In this document: positions 35,096-44,864 of the stretch, one piece after another
Position numbering within the stretch: the first letter of the stretch is position 1
Layout of the letters: each line of letters opens with the position of its first letter
Assembly (NCBI GenBank): GCA_964349555.1
Contig: CAYGGK010000003.1
Span: 1 to 61,893, forward strand
DNA: 61,893 nt
DNA from: an uncultured Candidatus Saccharibacteria bacterium
GTDB lineage: Bacteria; Patescibacteriota; Minisyncoccia; Phycocordibacterales; Phycocordibacteraceae
Direction: 5' to 3'
Notes under the pieces: generated by a model
What the model saw: only the letters and a program-made list of their open reading frames with translations
Databases searched by the model: none
Told to the model about the DNA's origin: nothing
Translations under genes and position numbers: made by a program

Positions 35096-35185
35096 TATCT
35101 CCAACCATCCACGTGGGGACAACCCTAACGACAAGGCTTCGTTCCATGAGATAATTAAAGGTACTAGCTAACACTAAGAGAATCC

Positions 35186-36124
35186 ATGCAAAAACAACAA
35201 TTCGCGGCAACAGCCTTCGTCCTCAGCGCCCTTCTCGCCTTCGCTTCTGTCGCGGCCGCCTGGACAGGTCCAACCGCCACCCCTCCGGGCAACAACACTC
35301 CCGCGCCGTTAAACGTGAGCAACGCTGGGCAGGAAAAGGTGGGCGGCCTGTTGTTAAATACGGGAGGGACAGCGGCAAGCTCGGGGTTAATTGTCTCAAA
35401 CGGCAGAGTCGGCATCGGAGTAGCAAGTCCGACGCAGAAGCTTGATGTTGCCGGAACGATCAAAATGACCGGATTTAAGCTCGGGATCTCAGCCACCGCC
35501 GGTCATGTCTTAACCGCCGACGCTTCAGGTGTCGGAACTTGGCAAGCGGCATCCGGTGGCGGAGGGGGAGGTAGCGGCGCGGGGTTCTCAATGCGAGTTT
35601 TTGATTCCGCTAACACCCCTACTGGTAGTGGCACATGGACAAAGCCAGCGGGAGTAAGAACAATTAAAGTAACTGTTATTGGCGGAGGAGGTTCGGCCCA
35701 GTCTGACGCTTCGGGATCGGGACGTCAAAGCGGAGGTGGCGGCGGTATTTGCGTTAAAGTGATTGATGTAACTGCTATTGACACCATTCCTGTTACAGTT
35801 GGTCTTACCAACACTGCGCTAAACAGCGATGGTAAAACAAGCTCTTTTGGCGGCTGCACTTCCACAGGAGGAAAAAGGGGACAGGTAGGAGTAGGAGCAT
35901 CATCAGGTGGTATACCGGGCTTCGGTAGCGGTGGGGATTTGAATGGTTATGGTGGCTTGGGAGACGAAGAGTACGATACCCATAGCTCTGGTGGTGGCGG
36001 GGGAGCCGGTTTTTTCGGTTACGGTAAAGGTGGAAATTTCAACGCTTTAAATGACGGGGCTGCAATTGTAAATGTCCACTCCAAAGGTACAGGTGGTGCT
36101 GTCATTGTCGAGGAATACAGGTAG
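35186..36124 (+). CDS. secreted glycine-rich, tail-fibre-like protein
   Basis: Has a signal peptide, then the motif WTGPTATPPGNNTPAPLNVS...QEKVGGL, then IGVASPTQKLDVAGTIK...GHVLTADASGVGTWQ, then a Gly-rich domain (GGGGSAQ...GGGGGAGFFGYGKGG). Confidence 0.6.
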   Translation: MQKQQFAATAFVLSALLAFASVAAAWTGPTATPPGNNTPAPLNVSNAGQEKVGGLLLNTGGTAASSGLIVSNGRVGIGVASPTQKLDVAGTIKMTGFKLGISATAGHVLTADASGVGTWQAASGGGGGGSGAGFSMRVFDSANTPTGSGTWTKPAGVRTIKVTVIGGGGSAQSDASGSGRQSGGGGGICVKVIDVTAIDTIPVTVGLTNTALNSDGKTSSFGGCTSTGGKRGQVGVGASSGGIPGFGSGGDLNGYGGLGDEEYDTHSSGGGGGAGFFGYGKGGNFNALNDGAAIVNVHSKGTGGAVIVEEYR

Positions 36125-36144
36125 CTCTGCAAAAATGGTGAGGT

Positions 36145-36176
36145 AATGGGGTAATTGGGACAGCCCCATTGTTTTA
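36145..36176 (+). terminator. probable terminator of 35186..36124
   Basis: AATGGGG (36145-36151) / CCCCATT (36164-36170), followed by GTTTTA. Confidence 0.5.
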
Positions 36177-36223
36177 GAAATTGCATAAAAACAAACAAGG
36201 ATTAACCTTGTTCCGTTTCAAGT

Positions 36224-36253
36224 CAACAATTCTTGCTATAGCAAGAATTGTTG
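36224..36253. repeat. perfect 13-bp inverted repeat CAACAATTCTTGC-TATA-GCAAGAATTGTTG
   Basis: Read directly; intergenic. Confidence 0.8.
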
Positions 36254-36302
36254 ACAACCCTGACCCCATTTATTCTTTATTCGAGCGGAAGACCACCCTT
36301 AA

Positions 36303-36333
36303 CCCCACTTGGAAGCTTAGCTTCCAAGTGGGG
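36303..36333. repeat. perfect 15-bp palindrome CCCCACTTGGAAGCT-T-AGCTTCCAAGTGGGG
   Basis: Read directly. It lies 18 nt downstream of the stop of the minus-strand gene 36351..36626 and is probably its terminator. Confidence 0.8.
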
Positions 36334-36350
36334 TACGGCTCCCACTGTTT

Positions 36351-36626
36351 CTACTGTCCGTCTGCAGGTGCGGTGAGTTGTTCCAATATCGCTTCTCGCT
36401 CGGCGTCCGGAATCGTCGCTCCGCCCTCCGGCGCGGTCAAGTCTTGGAGAATGAGAGCTTTTTCTTCTTCTGTCAGGAATACATTTTCCTGCTCTGCTTG
36501 GTTAGGAAGAAGCGCCCAAGCATCTTTCCCGTACAACCACCACACAGCGCCAGCGACAACCGCGACTAACGCGAGCACTCCGAGAATGACATACACTCTT
36601 CGCTGATTTCCTGTATTGGTATCCAT
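36351..36626 (-). CDS. small N-terminally anchored protein with internal repeat (E..ILQDLTAP.GG / E..ILEQLTAP.DG)
   Basis: Starts at ATG 36626 (MDTNTGNQRRVYVILGVLALVAVVAG), with TACGAT 6 nt upstream. Confidence 0.45.
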   Translation of the reverse strand: MDTNTGNQRRVYVILGVLALVAVVAGAVWWLYGKDAWALLPNQAEQENVFLTEEEKALILQDLTAPEGGATIPDAEREAILEQLTAPADGQ

Positions 36627-36689
36627 ACGTCTATCGTACCATCCTCTATGAATACGTATCCACACCTCTTCTCGGTGGATAGCCAATAA

Positions 36690-37901
36690 TTGGCATCGGA
36701 AAGAAGTATACTGTTGGTAGTGAACACATCCTCTCGCCTCACCGGCGTTTTCGCCCTCGCCATACTGGCTATCTTTATCGTGTCATACGCCGGAGGGGCG
36801 GAGAAGGCGATGTCCCAGCCGGCCTCAACCCCCATCAATGGCTACGCATGGAGCGACAATATCGGATGGATATCCCTCAGTGGCGCGAACTACGGGCTGA
36901 CGGTCGCTGGCGACGGCACCGGCACGGTATCTGGCTACGCATGGAGCGACAATATAGGGTGGGTGAGCGCCAACGTCTCAACCGGATGTCCCTCCGGCAC
37001 CTGCACCCCTCGCTTGCAAAGTGGCGCTCTAACCGGGTGGCTTAAGGCACTCTCGGCAGACGGCAACGGCTGGGACGGGTGGATAAGTTTGAGTGGTTCG
37101 GGGTACGGCATAACGCATAGCGGAACTGCCTTTTCCGGATTCGCGTGGGGGAGCGACGTTGTCGGATGGGTAGATTTTTCTTTCGCCACTGTCTCCCTGC
37201 CCGCCCCAACCTGCACCAACGGCGCAAACAACCCACCTGCCTGCAACCAGTGTCCCGCAAACCTGTTCTGGAATGGCGCATCCTGCATCCCATGTAGCAA
37301 CGGCGGTTGCACCGGTCTAGGTGGGAACGCCGGAGACCCTGACGGTTCTCTAGTCTGCATCAACGGCGCCACCAACCCTCCCGCCTGCGACGCTCTCACC
37401 CCATCCTGTTCAATACTCACTGCAAATCCCGACACCATCACCGCAGGCGGCACGCTTACTCTCAGATGGGAATGTCAGGACGCTGCTGCCTGTACCCAGG
37501 TCGCAAACACCGACGGCTTTTCCACCGGCGGGGCACTGATCGGCACCGACAGTACGGTGACGCCCTCAGCCACTAGCGGAGACGTCACCTATGGGCTGAC
37601 CTGCGACGGCACCAACTTCCTCTTCCCATCCGTCACCGTTCTCTCCCCACAGGTCTCTATTTCGGCCGACCCAGCCCGAGTCAGAACAGGCAACACCTCA
37701 ACCATCTCCTGGAGTGCCACCGAGGTGGACTCCTGCACCATCACCGGCCCCGGCCTCACTCCAAACCCCCGCTCCGACTTCTCTGCGGTGACAACCTCAC
37801 AGCCGGTCACTATCTCCACCCAGTCCACCTACACCATCACCTGCGACTCTCTTTCCGACTCTGTGACGGTGAACATCATTCCTGTTTTTGACGAGTTTTA
37901 A
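36690..37901 (+). CDS. secreted repeat protein with GYAWSDNIGW(I/V)S motifs, Cys-rich NPPAC repeats and Ig-like C-terminal modules
   Basis: Carries three copies of the G(Y/F)AW(S/G)(D/S)(N/D)(I/V)(I/V)GW(I/V) motif and repeated CxNGA(N/T)NPPAC. It has an N-terminal TM/signal segment. The start is uncertain (TTG 36690 or GTG about 36720). Confidence 0.6.
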   Translation: MASERSILLVVNTSSRLTGVFALAILAIFIVSYAGGAEKAMSQPASTPINGYAWSDNIGWISLSGANYGLTVAGDGTGTVSGYAWSDNIGWVSANVSTGCPSGTCTPRLQSGALTGWLKALSADGNGWDGWISLSGSGYGITHSGTAFSGFAWGSDVVGWVDFSFATVSLPAPTCTNGANNPPACNQCPANLFWNGASCIPCSNGGCTGLGGNAGDPDGSLVCINGATNPPACDALTPSCSILTANPDTITAGGTLTLRWECQDAAACTQVANTDGFSTGGALIGTDSTVTPSATSGDVTYGLTCDGTNFLFPSVTVLSPQVSISADPARVRTGNTSTISWSATEVDSCTITGPGLTPNPRSDFSAVTTSQPVTISTQSTYTITCDSLSDSVTVNIIPVFDEF

Positions 37902-38001
37902 CCGAGGGCTGCCCTCGGTAAATGAAATAAAGCCCATACGTTAGTGTGGTACACTCGCACCGTACCTGCCCCACCACGGGCAGGGGTTTACGTATCTTCC
38001 A

Positions 38002-40719
38002 ATGAAAAAGCAAACTGCCAAAGAGCATCACCACAAGCACGGGAGCGACCCCTCGATGCGACAAGCACTCGGGGTAGGTTGGCTCACGGTCAAGGGCGCG
38101 CGCACCCATAATCTGAAAAATATTTCGGTCAGCATGCCGAGAGGCGCGATGACGGTTATCACCGGCCTCTCGGGGAGCGGCAAATCCTCGCTCGCCTTTG
38201 ATACGATTTTCGCAGAAGGCCAGCGGCGCTATGTGGAGTCGCTCTCCGCCTACGCGAGGCAATTCCTTAATCAGATGGCGAAGCCGGACGTTGATGAAAT
38301 TTCCGGCCTCTCGCCCGCCATCTCCATAGACCAGAAGAGCCGCTCCAACAACCCGCGCTCGACTGTGGCGACCGTTACCGAGATTTATGATTATCTGCGC
38401 GTGCTCTACGCACGCGCTGGTCAGCCGTACTGTATTCATCACGACGTGCCTATCGCCCGGCTCTCTAAGGAGGAAATGATTAAGATGGTCCTCTCGCGTG
38501 TGGAGGAGAGGCGTCAAAACCGAAGCCAAACTTCGGTAATGGGGGTGGCGGTAGACAAAAGCGCCGTGACCATTTATGCGCCGGTGGTCGTTGGGAGGAA
38601 GGGCGAATACTATCAAATGCTCTATGATTTGCTCGGCAAAGGGTATGAAAAAGTGTTGATTGACAGCAAAGTCCAGTCGCTCCGCGAGAAGATAGTGCTG
38701 GATAGAAACAAGAGACACGACATAGACGCGGTTGTTGACTCAATTTATGTTTCGGAACTCGCGCCTGCCGGAGGCAGGCCCTTCTCCGGAGGGCGCGAGA
38801 GGCTTTCGGAGGCGTTAGAGCTCGCGCTTAAAGAGGCCGGCGGACTAGTAAAAATCCGACATGCCGACGGAACGCTTGAGACCCTTTCCTCCAAGTTCAT
38901 CTGTCCGGAAGACGGAGCGTCCTTTCCTGAAGTAGAGCCGCGTCTTTTCTCCTTCAATTCGCCCTACGGCGCGTGTCCCTCGTGCCACGGCCTCGGCACC
39001 GAAACTCTCTTTTCTGAAAAAGCATGTCCGGCCTGCGAAGGGAAGCGACTTAGGCAAGAAGCACTGCGTGTCTTCTTGAAAAGCACCAAGCACGAAGCAC
39101 CAAGCGCGAAGAAGTCCAAGAATCCTCTAGGAACCAGTATTGTTGATTTCACTAACATGTCCATCAGAGAAGCGAAGGATTTTATTGATTCTATAGAACT
39201 TTCAGAAATGAAAAAAGACATTACCGCGCCGATTTTGAAAGAAATAGACAGCCGTCTTTCTTTCATGCTCAACGTCGGTCTTGATTATTTGACACTGAAC
39301 CGCTCCGCCGCGACTTTGTCAGGCGGAGAGAGCCAGCGCATACGGCTCGCCTCACAGCTCGGGAGCGGACTCACCGGAGCGCTCTATGTTCTTGATGAGC
39401 CGACCATCGGGCTCCATCAGAAAGATAACGACCGACTCATCAAAACATTGCTCATTTTGAAAGAGCTTGGGAACACGATTCTTGTCGTTGAGCATGACGA
39501 GGACACGATATACTCCTCTGATTATATTGTAGATATCGGCCCCGGTGCGGGCATACACGGTGGCGAGGTCGTGGTTTCGGGCTGGCTGGATGATTTGCTG
39601 ACCGCACATAAAAATGAAAGCAATTCGCTCACTCTCTCGTATCTGCGGCAAGAAAAAGAAGTGCAACTTCCGGAGACGCGCCGTACGAGCGAGAAGGGTT
39701 GGATTAAAGTGCGCGGCGCCTCTCTGCACAACCTGAAGAATCAGAATATTGACGTGCCGTTGGGGAAGCTCGTCTGCGTCACGGGCGTCTCGGGAAGCGG
39801 CAAGTCAACCTTTCTGTATAATATTCTGCACCGCAATATCGCGGCGCGCTTCGCGCGCCGCGAGACGAAGCTTGAGCATGTCGCGGCGCTTACCGGCACA
39901 GAGTACGTCAGCCGGGTAATCCTTATAGACCAGTCGCCGATAGGTCGCACGCCACGTTCCAACCCAGCCACCTACACGGGCGCGTTCACTCATATCCGCG
40001 ACCTCTTCGCCGCCACTGCTACTGCGCGCGCTCGCGGATGGAAGCCCGGACGGTTTTCGTTCAATGTTCCAGGAGGCCGCTGTGAAGCATGTGGGGGGAA
40101 CGGCCTCATCGCTGTTGAAATGCACTTCCTCCCCACTGTGTATGTCGTGTGCGATATCTGCAACGGCACGCGCTTTATGAGCGAGACGCTTGAGGTAACC
40201 TTCCGCGGGAAGAATATTCACGAGGTGCTCAAAATGACTATTGAGGAGGCCGAGAAGTTTTTTGAAGATATACCAGCTATCAACGATCGCCTTATGAGCT
40301 TGAACGCCACCGGTCTCCAATATCTCACACTCGGACAGAGCGCGACCACGCTCTCCGGAGGGGAAGCGCAGAGAGTGAAGATAGCAAGCGAACTCTACCG
40401 CTCCATGACCATGAAGACCCTGTATCTGCTGGACGAGCCGACCGTCGGTCTCCACTACGAGGATGTCGCCAAACTCATAGAAATCCTGCAAGAACTCGTG
40501 CGGCGAGGCAACACAGTTGTCGTCATTGAGCACAATCTTGACGTGGTGAAGAGCGCTGATTATATAATTGACTTCGGTCCCGAGGGCGGGGAGGGTGGCG
40601 GGAGGGTAGTCGCGAAGGGTACGCCCGAGGAAGTTGCGGATACCGAAGGTTCGCACACCGGCGAATATCTGCGTAAGGCATTACGACGTCATGCAAAAAA
40701 ACGAACTGCAAAAATATAA
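38002..40719 (+). CDS. uvrA: excinuclease ABC subunit A
   Basis: [25 protein letters not shown], two ABC modules and zinc-finger cysteines; 905 aa. Confidence 0.95.
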   Translation: MKKQTAKEHHHKHGSDPSMRQALGVGWLTVKGARTHNLKNISVSMPRGAMTVITGLSGSGKSSLAFDTIFAEGQRRYVESLSAYARQFLNQMAKPDVDEISGLSPAISIDQKSRSNNPRSTVATVTEIYDYLRVLYARAGQPYCIHHDVPIARLSKEEMIKMVLSRVEERRQNRSQTSVMGVAVDKSAVTIYAPVVVGRKGEYYQMLYDLLGKGYEKVLIDSKVQSLREKIVLDRNKRHDIDAVVDSIYVSELAPAGGRPFSGGRERLSEALELALKEAGGLVKIRHADGTLETLSSKFICPEDGASFPEVEPRLFSFNSPYGACPSCHGLGTETLFSEKACPACEGKRLRQEALRVFLKSTKHEAPSAKKSKNPLGTSIVDFTNMSIREAKDFIDSIELSEMKKDITAPILKEIDSRLSFMLNVGLDYLTLNRSAATLSGGESQRIRLASQLGSGLTGALYVLDEPTIGLHQKDNDRLIKTLLILKELGNTILVVEHDEDTIYSSDYIVDIGPGAGIHGGEVVVSGWLDDLLTAHKNESNSLTLSYLRQEKEVQLPETRRTSEKGWIKVRGASLHNLKNQNIDVPLGKLVCVTGVSGSGKSTFLYNILHRNIAARFARRETKLEHVAALTGTEYVSRVILIDQSPIGRTPRSNPATYTGAFTHIRDLFAATATARARGWKPGRFSFNVPGGRCEACGGNGLIAVEMHFLPTVYVVCDICNGTRFMSETLEVTFRGKNIHEVLKMTIEEAEKFFEDIPAINDRLMSLNATGLQYLTLGQSATTLSGGEAQRVKIASELYRSMTMKTLYLLDEPTVGLHYEDVAKLIEILQELVRRGNTVVVIEHNLDVVKSADYIIDFGPEGGEGGGRVVAKGTPEEVADTEGSHTGEYLRKALRRHAKKRTAKI

Positions 40720-41971
40720 CCTGCCGGACGTACCCGGAGTATATTTCTTTAAGCAGGGGAGGAAAGTCCTGTATGTCGGCAAGGCGACTTCCTTACGCGA
40801 TCGGGTGCGGTCATACTTTGACGATGCTCTCATCCACGCGCGCGGAGCGCGCGTGGTAGACATGGTAACGAGGGCCGACAAAATCGCGTACGAGACGACG
40901 CCGACTGTGCTTGAAGCGCTCGTCCGCGAAGCGGCGCTTATCAAGAGACATCATCCAGTCGCGAACACAGACGGTAAAGACGATTCTACTTTTTTGTATG
41001 CGGTTATTACGGATGAAGAAATTCCTCGCGTGCTCACCCCCCGTGGTAAGGATATTGATTTCAAAATGAAAAAGTTGAAAGATCAAAAATTAAAAAGCAT
41101 TTTCGGACCGTTTCCTTCGGGGGTCCAACTCCGCGAAGGACTCCGACTCATCCGCCGCATCTTTCCATTTTTCGATACGCAAAAGCCCCTCAACTTCGCT
41201 TGGGGCAGGCCGGTCGCGAATGGTAAACAACAGCAGGCGCAACTAGAGTTCAATACGCAGATTAGGCAGTACCCGCGCCTGCCTGCGCAGTCAGGCACGT
41301 TTGATGCGGCAGAGTATCGTCGGACTATGCGTCATATCGCGCTCTTTCTTGGCGGTAAGGCTACAGAACTTCGGAAAGTGCTCGCTCAAGAGATGAAGCA
41401 GTCGGCCAAGAGAGAGCGTTTTGAGGATGCCGCCCGCGCGCGCCGTCAGCTCTTCGCCCTCGACCATATCCAGGACGTCTCGCTTATCAAGGACGAGAAT
41501 CAAGTATCCTTATCAACAGCCGGTCGGCCAGAGATAGGGATACGAGTTGAGGCGTATGATACGGCGCATTTGTCGGGGACAAATGCGCTGGGTGTGATGG
41601 TGGTTGTCGAGGGCGGTACGCCGGTTAAAAAAGAATATCGGACGTTCAAAATTCGCGGATTAAAAAAGAATGACGACATCGCCTCGCTCCAAGAGATTCT
41701 TTCACGTCGCTTGAATCACCCAGAGTGGCAACTCCCGAAAGTGATTGTTGTGGATGGCGGCATGGTGCATAAAAAGGCGGCGGAAAAAGTTCTCTCTGAC
41801 GCGGGTGTCGGCATTCCGGTCGTTGCCGTGGTGAAAAACGAGCGTCACCGTCCGCGCGAAATTATCGGCGCTCGCCGTGTCAGCGTTTCTGAACCAGACA
41901 TTGTCCTCGCCAACGCCGAGGCGCACCGCTTCGCGCTCTCACGGCATCGCCGAGCTCGCAACGTTGTCTGA
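40691..41971 (+). CDS. uvrC: excinuclease ABC subunit C, short form lacking the C-terminal (HhH)2 domain
   Basis: Has GIY-YIG (PGVYFFKQGRKVLYVGKA), a UVR domain (FEDAARARRQLFAL) and an RNase-H-like endonuclease region (EAYDTAHLSGT). It ends right after EAHRFALSRHR. ATG 40691 overlaps uvrA by 29 nt. Confidence 0.85.
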   Translation: MQKNELQKYNLPDVPGVYFFKQGRKVLYVGKATSLRDRVRSYFDDALIHARGARVVDMVTRADKIAYETTPTVLEALVREAALIKRHHPVANTDGKDDSTFLYAVITDEEIPRVLTPRGKDIDFKMKKLKDQKLKSIFGPFPSGVQLREGLRLIRRIFPFFDTQKPLNFAWGRPVANGKQQQAQLEFNTQIRQYPRLPAQSGTFDAAEYRRTMRHIALFLGGKATELRKVLAQEMKQSAKRERFEDAARARRQLFALDHIQDVSLIKDENQVSLSTAGRPEIGIRVEAYDTAHLSGTNALGVMVVVEGGTPVKKEYRTFKIRGLKKNDDIASLQEILSRRLNHPEWQLPKVIVVDGGMVHKKAAEKVLSDAGVGIPVVAVVKNERHRPREIIGARRVSVSEPDIVLANAEAHRFALSRHRRARNVV

Positions 41972-42019
41972 TATACACAGTGCAGAGAGAAACGCTGGGT
42001 CTTGGTGTAGAATCAAGCT

Positions 42020-42142
42020 ATGAAAACAAAAGCAGTGCGCAGCGCTATCACTGGGCGGTTTGTCCATAAAGGGAAGGCCAGAGCCAATCCGAAGACGACC
42101 GTTACCCAAACACTCCGAATCAAGAGGCGGAAGAGAGGTTAG
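42020..42142 (+). CDS. possible 40-aa highly basic small protein
   Basis: Encodes MKTKAVRSAITGRFVHKGKARANPKTTVTQTLRIKRRKRG, which is below the ORF-track cutoff. A hairpin follows at 42163-42182. Confidence 0.35.
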   Translation: MKTKAVRSAITGRFVHKGKARANPKTTVTQTLRIKRRKRG

Positions 42143-42162
42143 TGCTCGGAAGTATAAAAAGA

Positions 42163-42182
42163 GCCGCCCTTCATAGGGCGGC
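42163..42182 (-). terminator. terminator of the HD gene (minus strand)
   Basis: GCCGCCCT / AGGGCGGC with a TCAT loop. On the minus strand it is followed by CTCTTTTTA. Confidence 0.6.
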
Positions 42183-42197
42183 GAGCGGGGGTTCTCC

Positions 42198-42806
42198 TTA
42201 CTGATACTGTGCAATTGCCTCGGCAATCTTCTGTTCAAGCGCATCGGCGTACATTATCCACGGAGTGCCGTACGTGCGAAGTGTGGGGATAAGAAGCGGC
42301 ACGTGATACGACAGGCTCTCTTCTATTTGCGCCAGCCTCTTTTCTTCAGGACGGCGGTGGAGCGTACGCAGGTTATGTAGCCGATCGCAGAGCTTCACAA
42401 CAATCGTCCGCGGCCCTCGAGCTATGACTCTCTCGAGATACTCTCGTGTTGTCTCCTTCCCCCGCGGGAGCTTTGTGAGCGCCCGCAGATCAAGGGCGAT
42501 TTCTTCACCGAAGTTCATGCCGATCCGGTAAGGCGACAGTAGATAGGCATCTTCCGAGATATCGTGCAGGAGGGCGTTGATGATGATATGAGCATCCCTA
42601 CCGTTTAGCTCGGAGATGTAAATCCACGCCGCTGCCTTCGGATGGTCAAAATATCGGTAGCCATCATCGCGCACTTGTCCTGCATGCCCATACTTTGAGG
42701 CAAAGTAGGCAAACTGCACGCGCTCGTGTTCGCTCGGATTGAGTGCGATTTGGAGCGGTGCGAAAAACAATTCGTATCCCGGGGGACGTCGCTCTGTTTC
42801 GGCCAT
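42198..42806 (-). CDS. HD-domain (p)ppGpp-hydrolase-like protein (SpoT/RelA HD family)
   Basis: Has the motif HAGQVRDDG.RYFDHP...ALLHDISED. ATG 42806 is preceded by AAGGAG. Confidence 0.7.
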   Translation of the reverse strand: MAETERRPPGYELFFAPLQIALNPSEHERVQFAYFASKYGHAGQVRDDGYRYFDHPKAAAWIYISELNGRDAHIIINALLHDISEDAYLLSPYRIGMNFGEEIALDLRALTKLPRGKETTREYLERVIARGPRTIVVKLCDRLHNLRTLHRRPEEKRLAQIEESLSYHVPLLIPTLRTYGTPWIMYADALEQKIAEAIAQYQ

Positions 42807-42955
42807 CAGGTACTCCTTGTGCGGTTGGTTATGAAGGGATGAGTGCGGTTCTCTAAGAACTGAACGCTCTAAATCCATTAAACCAACCAAATATATCCCT
42901 GTCAATTTTCTTGCCGGAGGCAACTGTTCAATAGTTCTTTTGATATACTGGGAGG

Positions 42956-43918
42956 ATGCAAACCGTCGTCGGGGTACTGCGAGGCGGACCGTCTAGAGAG
43001 CACGAAGTTTCGTTGCGCTCTGGAGCCGCCATACTCGCGAATTTGCCAGAGGAGCGCTACACCGTGCGCGATATTTACATCGATAAGGAGGGGCAGTGGC
43101 ACGATCGCGGTCGGGCAACCGCACCCGAGCGCGTACTGCGGCAAGTAGATGTTGTCCTCATCGGCCTTCATGGGGAATACGGAGAGGACGGAGAAGTGCA
43201 AAAGCTTCTTGAACGATTCGGCGTTCCGTATGCCGGCGCAGACTCGTTCGGCTCGTATCTCGCGATGCACAAGCTTATGGCGAAGGAGCGCGCGAAGGAG
43301 CATGGCCTTCTCACGCCAGAGTACCGTTATATTGAAAAGAGAGAAGATGCTGTAGAAAAAGCGAGCGAAGTCATAAGAAGCTTTCACCAGCCGGTCGTCG
43401 TTAAGCCAGTCGGATGGGGTTCGTCCGTCGGTGTTTCCATCCTTGGCGGGTACGCGCCGGTGCTCGGGGCGATTGAAAAACTCTTTGACGAGGGCGCGCC
43501 GAGCGTCATCGTTGAAGAACACATCCGCGGACAAGAGGCGACAGTTGGTGTTGTCGAGGGGTTGCGCGGCGAGGCGTTGTATACGCTCCCGCCCGTTGAA
43601 ATAATTCCTCCGGAGGGCGACTTTTACAGTTTGGACGCAAAATATTCCGGCGCGACACGGCATGTGTGTCCTGGTAATTTTTCTCGCGTTGTCCGAGAGG
43701 AACTGCAGAGAGCGGCGAAGGTGATACACCGCACGCTCGGCCTGCGCCACTACTCGCGCTCGGACTTCATAGTTACGCCGAAGGGCGTTTATTATTTGGA
43801 AACAAACACTCTTCCCGGACTTACAACCGAATCAAATATTCCAATCGCTCTTTCTGCCGTCGGCGTTCCGCTCCCCGATTTCCTTACGCATCTGGTTAAC
43901 CTCGCGCTTAATCGCTAA
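42956..43918 (+). CDS. ddl: D-alanine--D-alanine ligase
   Basis: N-terminal GGPS.EHEVSL.SG, an ATP-grasp core and C-terminal LE.NT.PG.T; 320 aa. Confidence 0.9.
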   Translation: MQTVVGVLRGGPSREHEVSLRSGAAILANLPEERYTVRDIYIDKEGQWHDRGRATAPERVLRQVDVVLIGLHGEYGEDGEVQKLLERFGVPYAGADSFGSYLAMHKLMAKERAKEHGLLTPEYRYIEKREDAVEKASEVIRSFHQPVVVKPVGWGSSVGVSILGGYAPVLGAIEKLFDEGAPSVIVEEHIRGQEATVGVVEGLRGEALYTLPPVEIIPPEGDFYSLDAKYSGATRHVCPGNFSRVVREELQRAAKVIHRTLGLRHYSRSDFIVTPKGVYYLETNTLPGLTTESNIPIALSAVGVPLPDFLTHLVNLALNR

Positions 43919-43919
43919 T

Positions 43920-44252
43920 ATGCAAGAACCGCTCAGTCGTCGTAAGTGCGTCCCTTGTGAAGGAGGAGTAAAGCCGCTCACCCGCGAGCAGGCGCGGAAA
44001 TATATGCAAGAAGTACCGGTGTGGAAATTGAGCGAGGATGGGAAGTCTATCTCGCGGGAATTCTCATTCCCGACCTTTATTAAGGCAATAGGATTCGTCG
44101 ATCAAGTCGCCGACCTCGCTGAGTTCGAGGGTCACCATCCAGATATCCATCTTTCTTATACCGACCTGCGTCTTGAACTCTCAACCCACGCGATCAGCGG
44201 CCTCTCTGAAAACGACTTTATCCTTGCCGCCAAGATCGAGAATTTGATATGA
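43920..44252 (+). CDS. pterin-4-alpha-carbinolamine dehydratase
   Basis: Has the signature F..A..F...VA..AE...HHPD......V...L.TH...GL...D; 110 aa. Confidence 0.85.
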   Translation: MQEPLSRRKCVPCEGGVKPLTREQARKYMQEVPVWKLSEDGKSISREFSFPTFIKAIGFVDQVADLAEFEGHHPDIHLSYTDLRLELSTHAISGLSENDFILAAKIENLI

Positions 44253-44839
44253 AAAAAATCGATGCAAGGCGGAGCACAGCGTTCGTGCGCCTACTTCACG
44301 CATTTCAATCGGTCGAACGGACTGCACATGTGCCTGACCTATCGCGTAAAGAGAATGATGTAGAGCACTCATACCTGCTCACTATGTTCTCATGGTACCT
44401 CGTGGATACGCTGGGCCTGAAATTAGATAAAAAGAAAGTGCTTGAGTATGGTCTTATCCACGATCTCGTAGAGGTTTATGCCGGAGACACATATATTTTT
44501 GACTCAGAAGCATTAAAGTCAAAGCACGAGCGTGAGGAGAAAGCACGTCTCCGGATTGCCAAGGAATTTCCAGAATTTAAAGATTTGAATAGCTCGATCA
44601 AGGGTTATGAGGGTCAGAAAGATCCTGAAGCGGTTTTTGTCCGAACGGTAGACAAATTTATCCCCGTCATTATCAACTTCGTACAAGAAGGGCACACGTG
44701 GAAAGTAATGAATGTGGGACATGTAGATTTATTCGCTCACAAAAGGGAGAAAATGGGAGAGCAAAAAGAAGTGCGGGAATTACTTGAGCAGATTATTAGA
44801 GAGATAGAAAAAGATTGGAAGAAGTACTTTAATTTCTAG
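44249..44839 (+). CDS. HD-domain phosphohydrolase (YfbR-like 5'-nucleotidase family)
   Basis: Has the motif ENDVEHSY...GLIHDLVEVYAGD. Its ATG overlaps the preceding stop codon (ATGA). Confidence 0.75.
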   Translation: MKKIDARRSTAFVRLLHAFQSVERTAHVPDLSRKENDVEHSYLLTMFSWYLVDTLGLKLDKKKVLEYGLIHDLVEVYAGDTYIFDSEALKSKHEREEKARLRIAKEFPEFKDLNSSIKGYEGQKDPEAVFVRTVDKFIPVIINFVQEGHTWKVMNVGHVDLFAHKREKMGEQKEVRELLEQIIREIEKDWKKYFNF

Positions 44840-44864
44840 GCAGAGGTGCTAGAGTGGACATATT

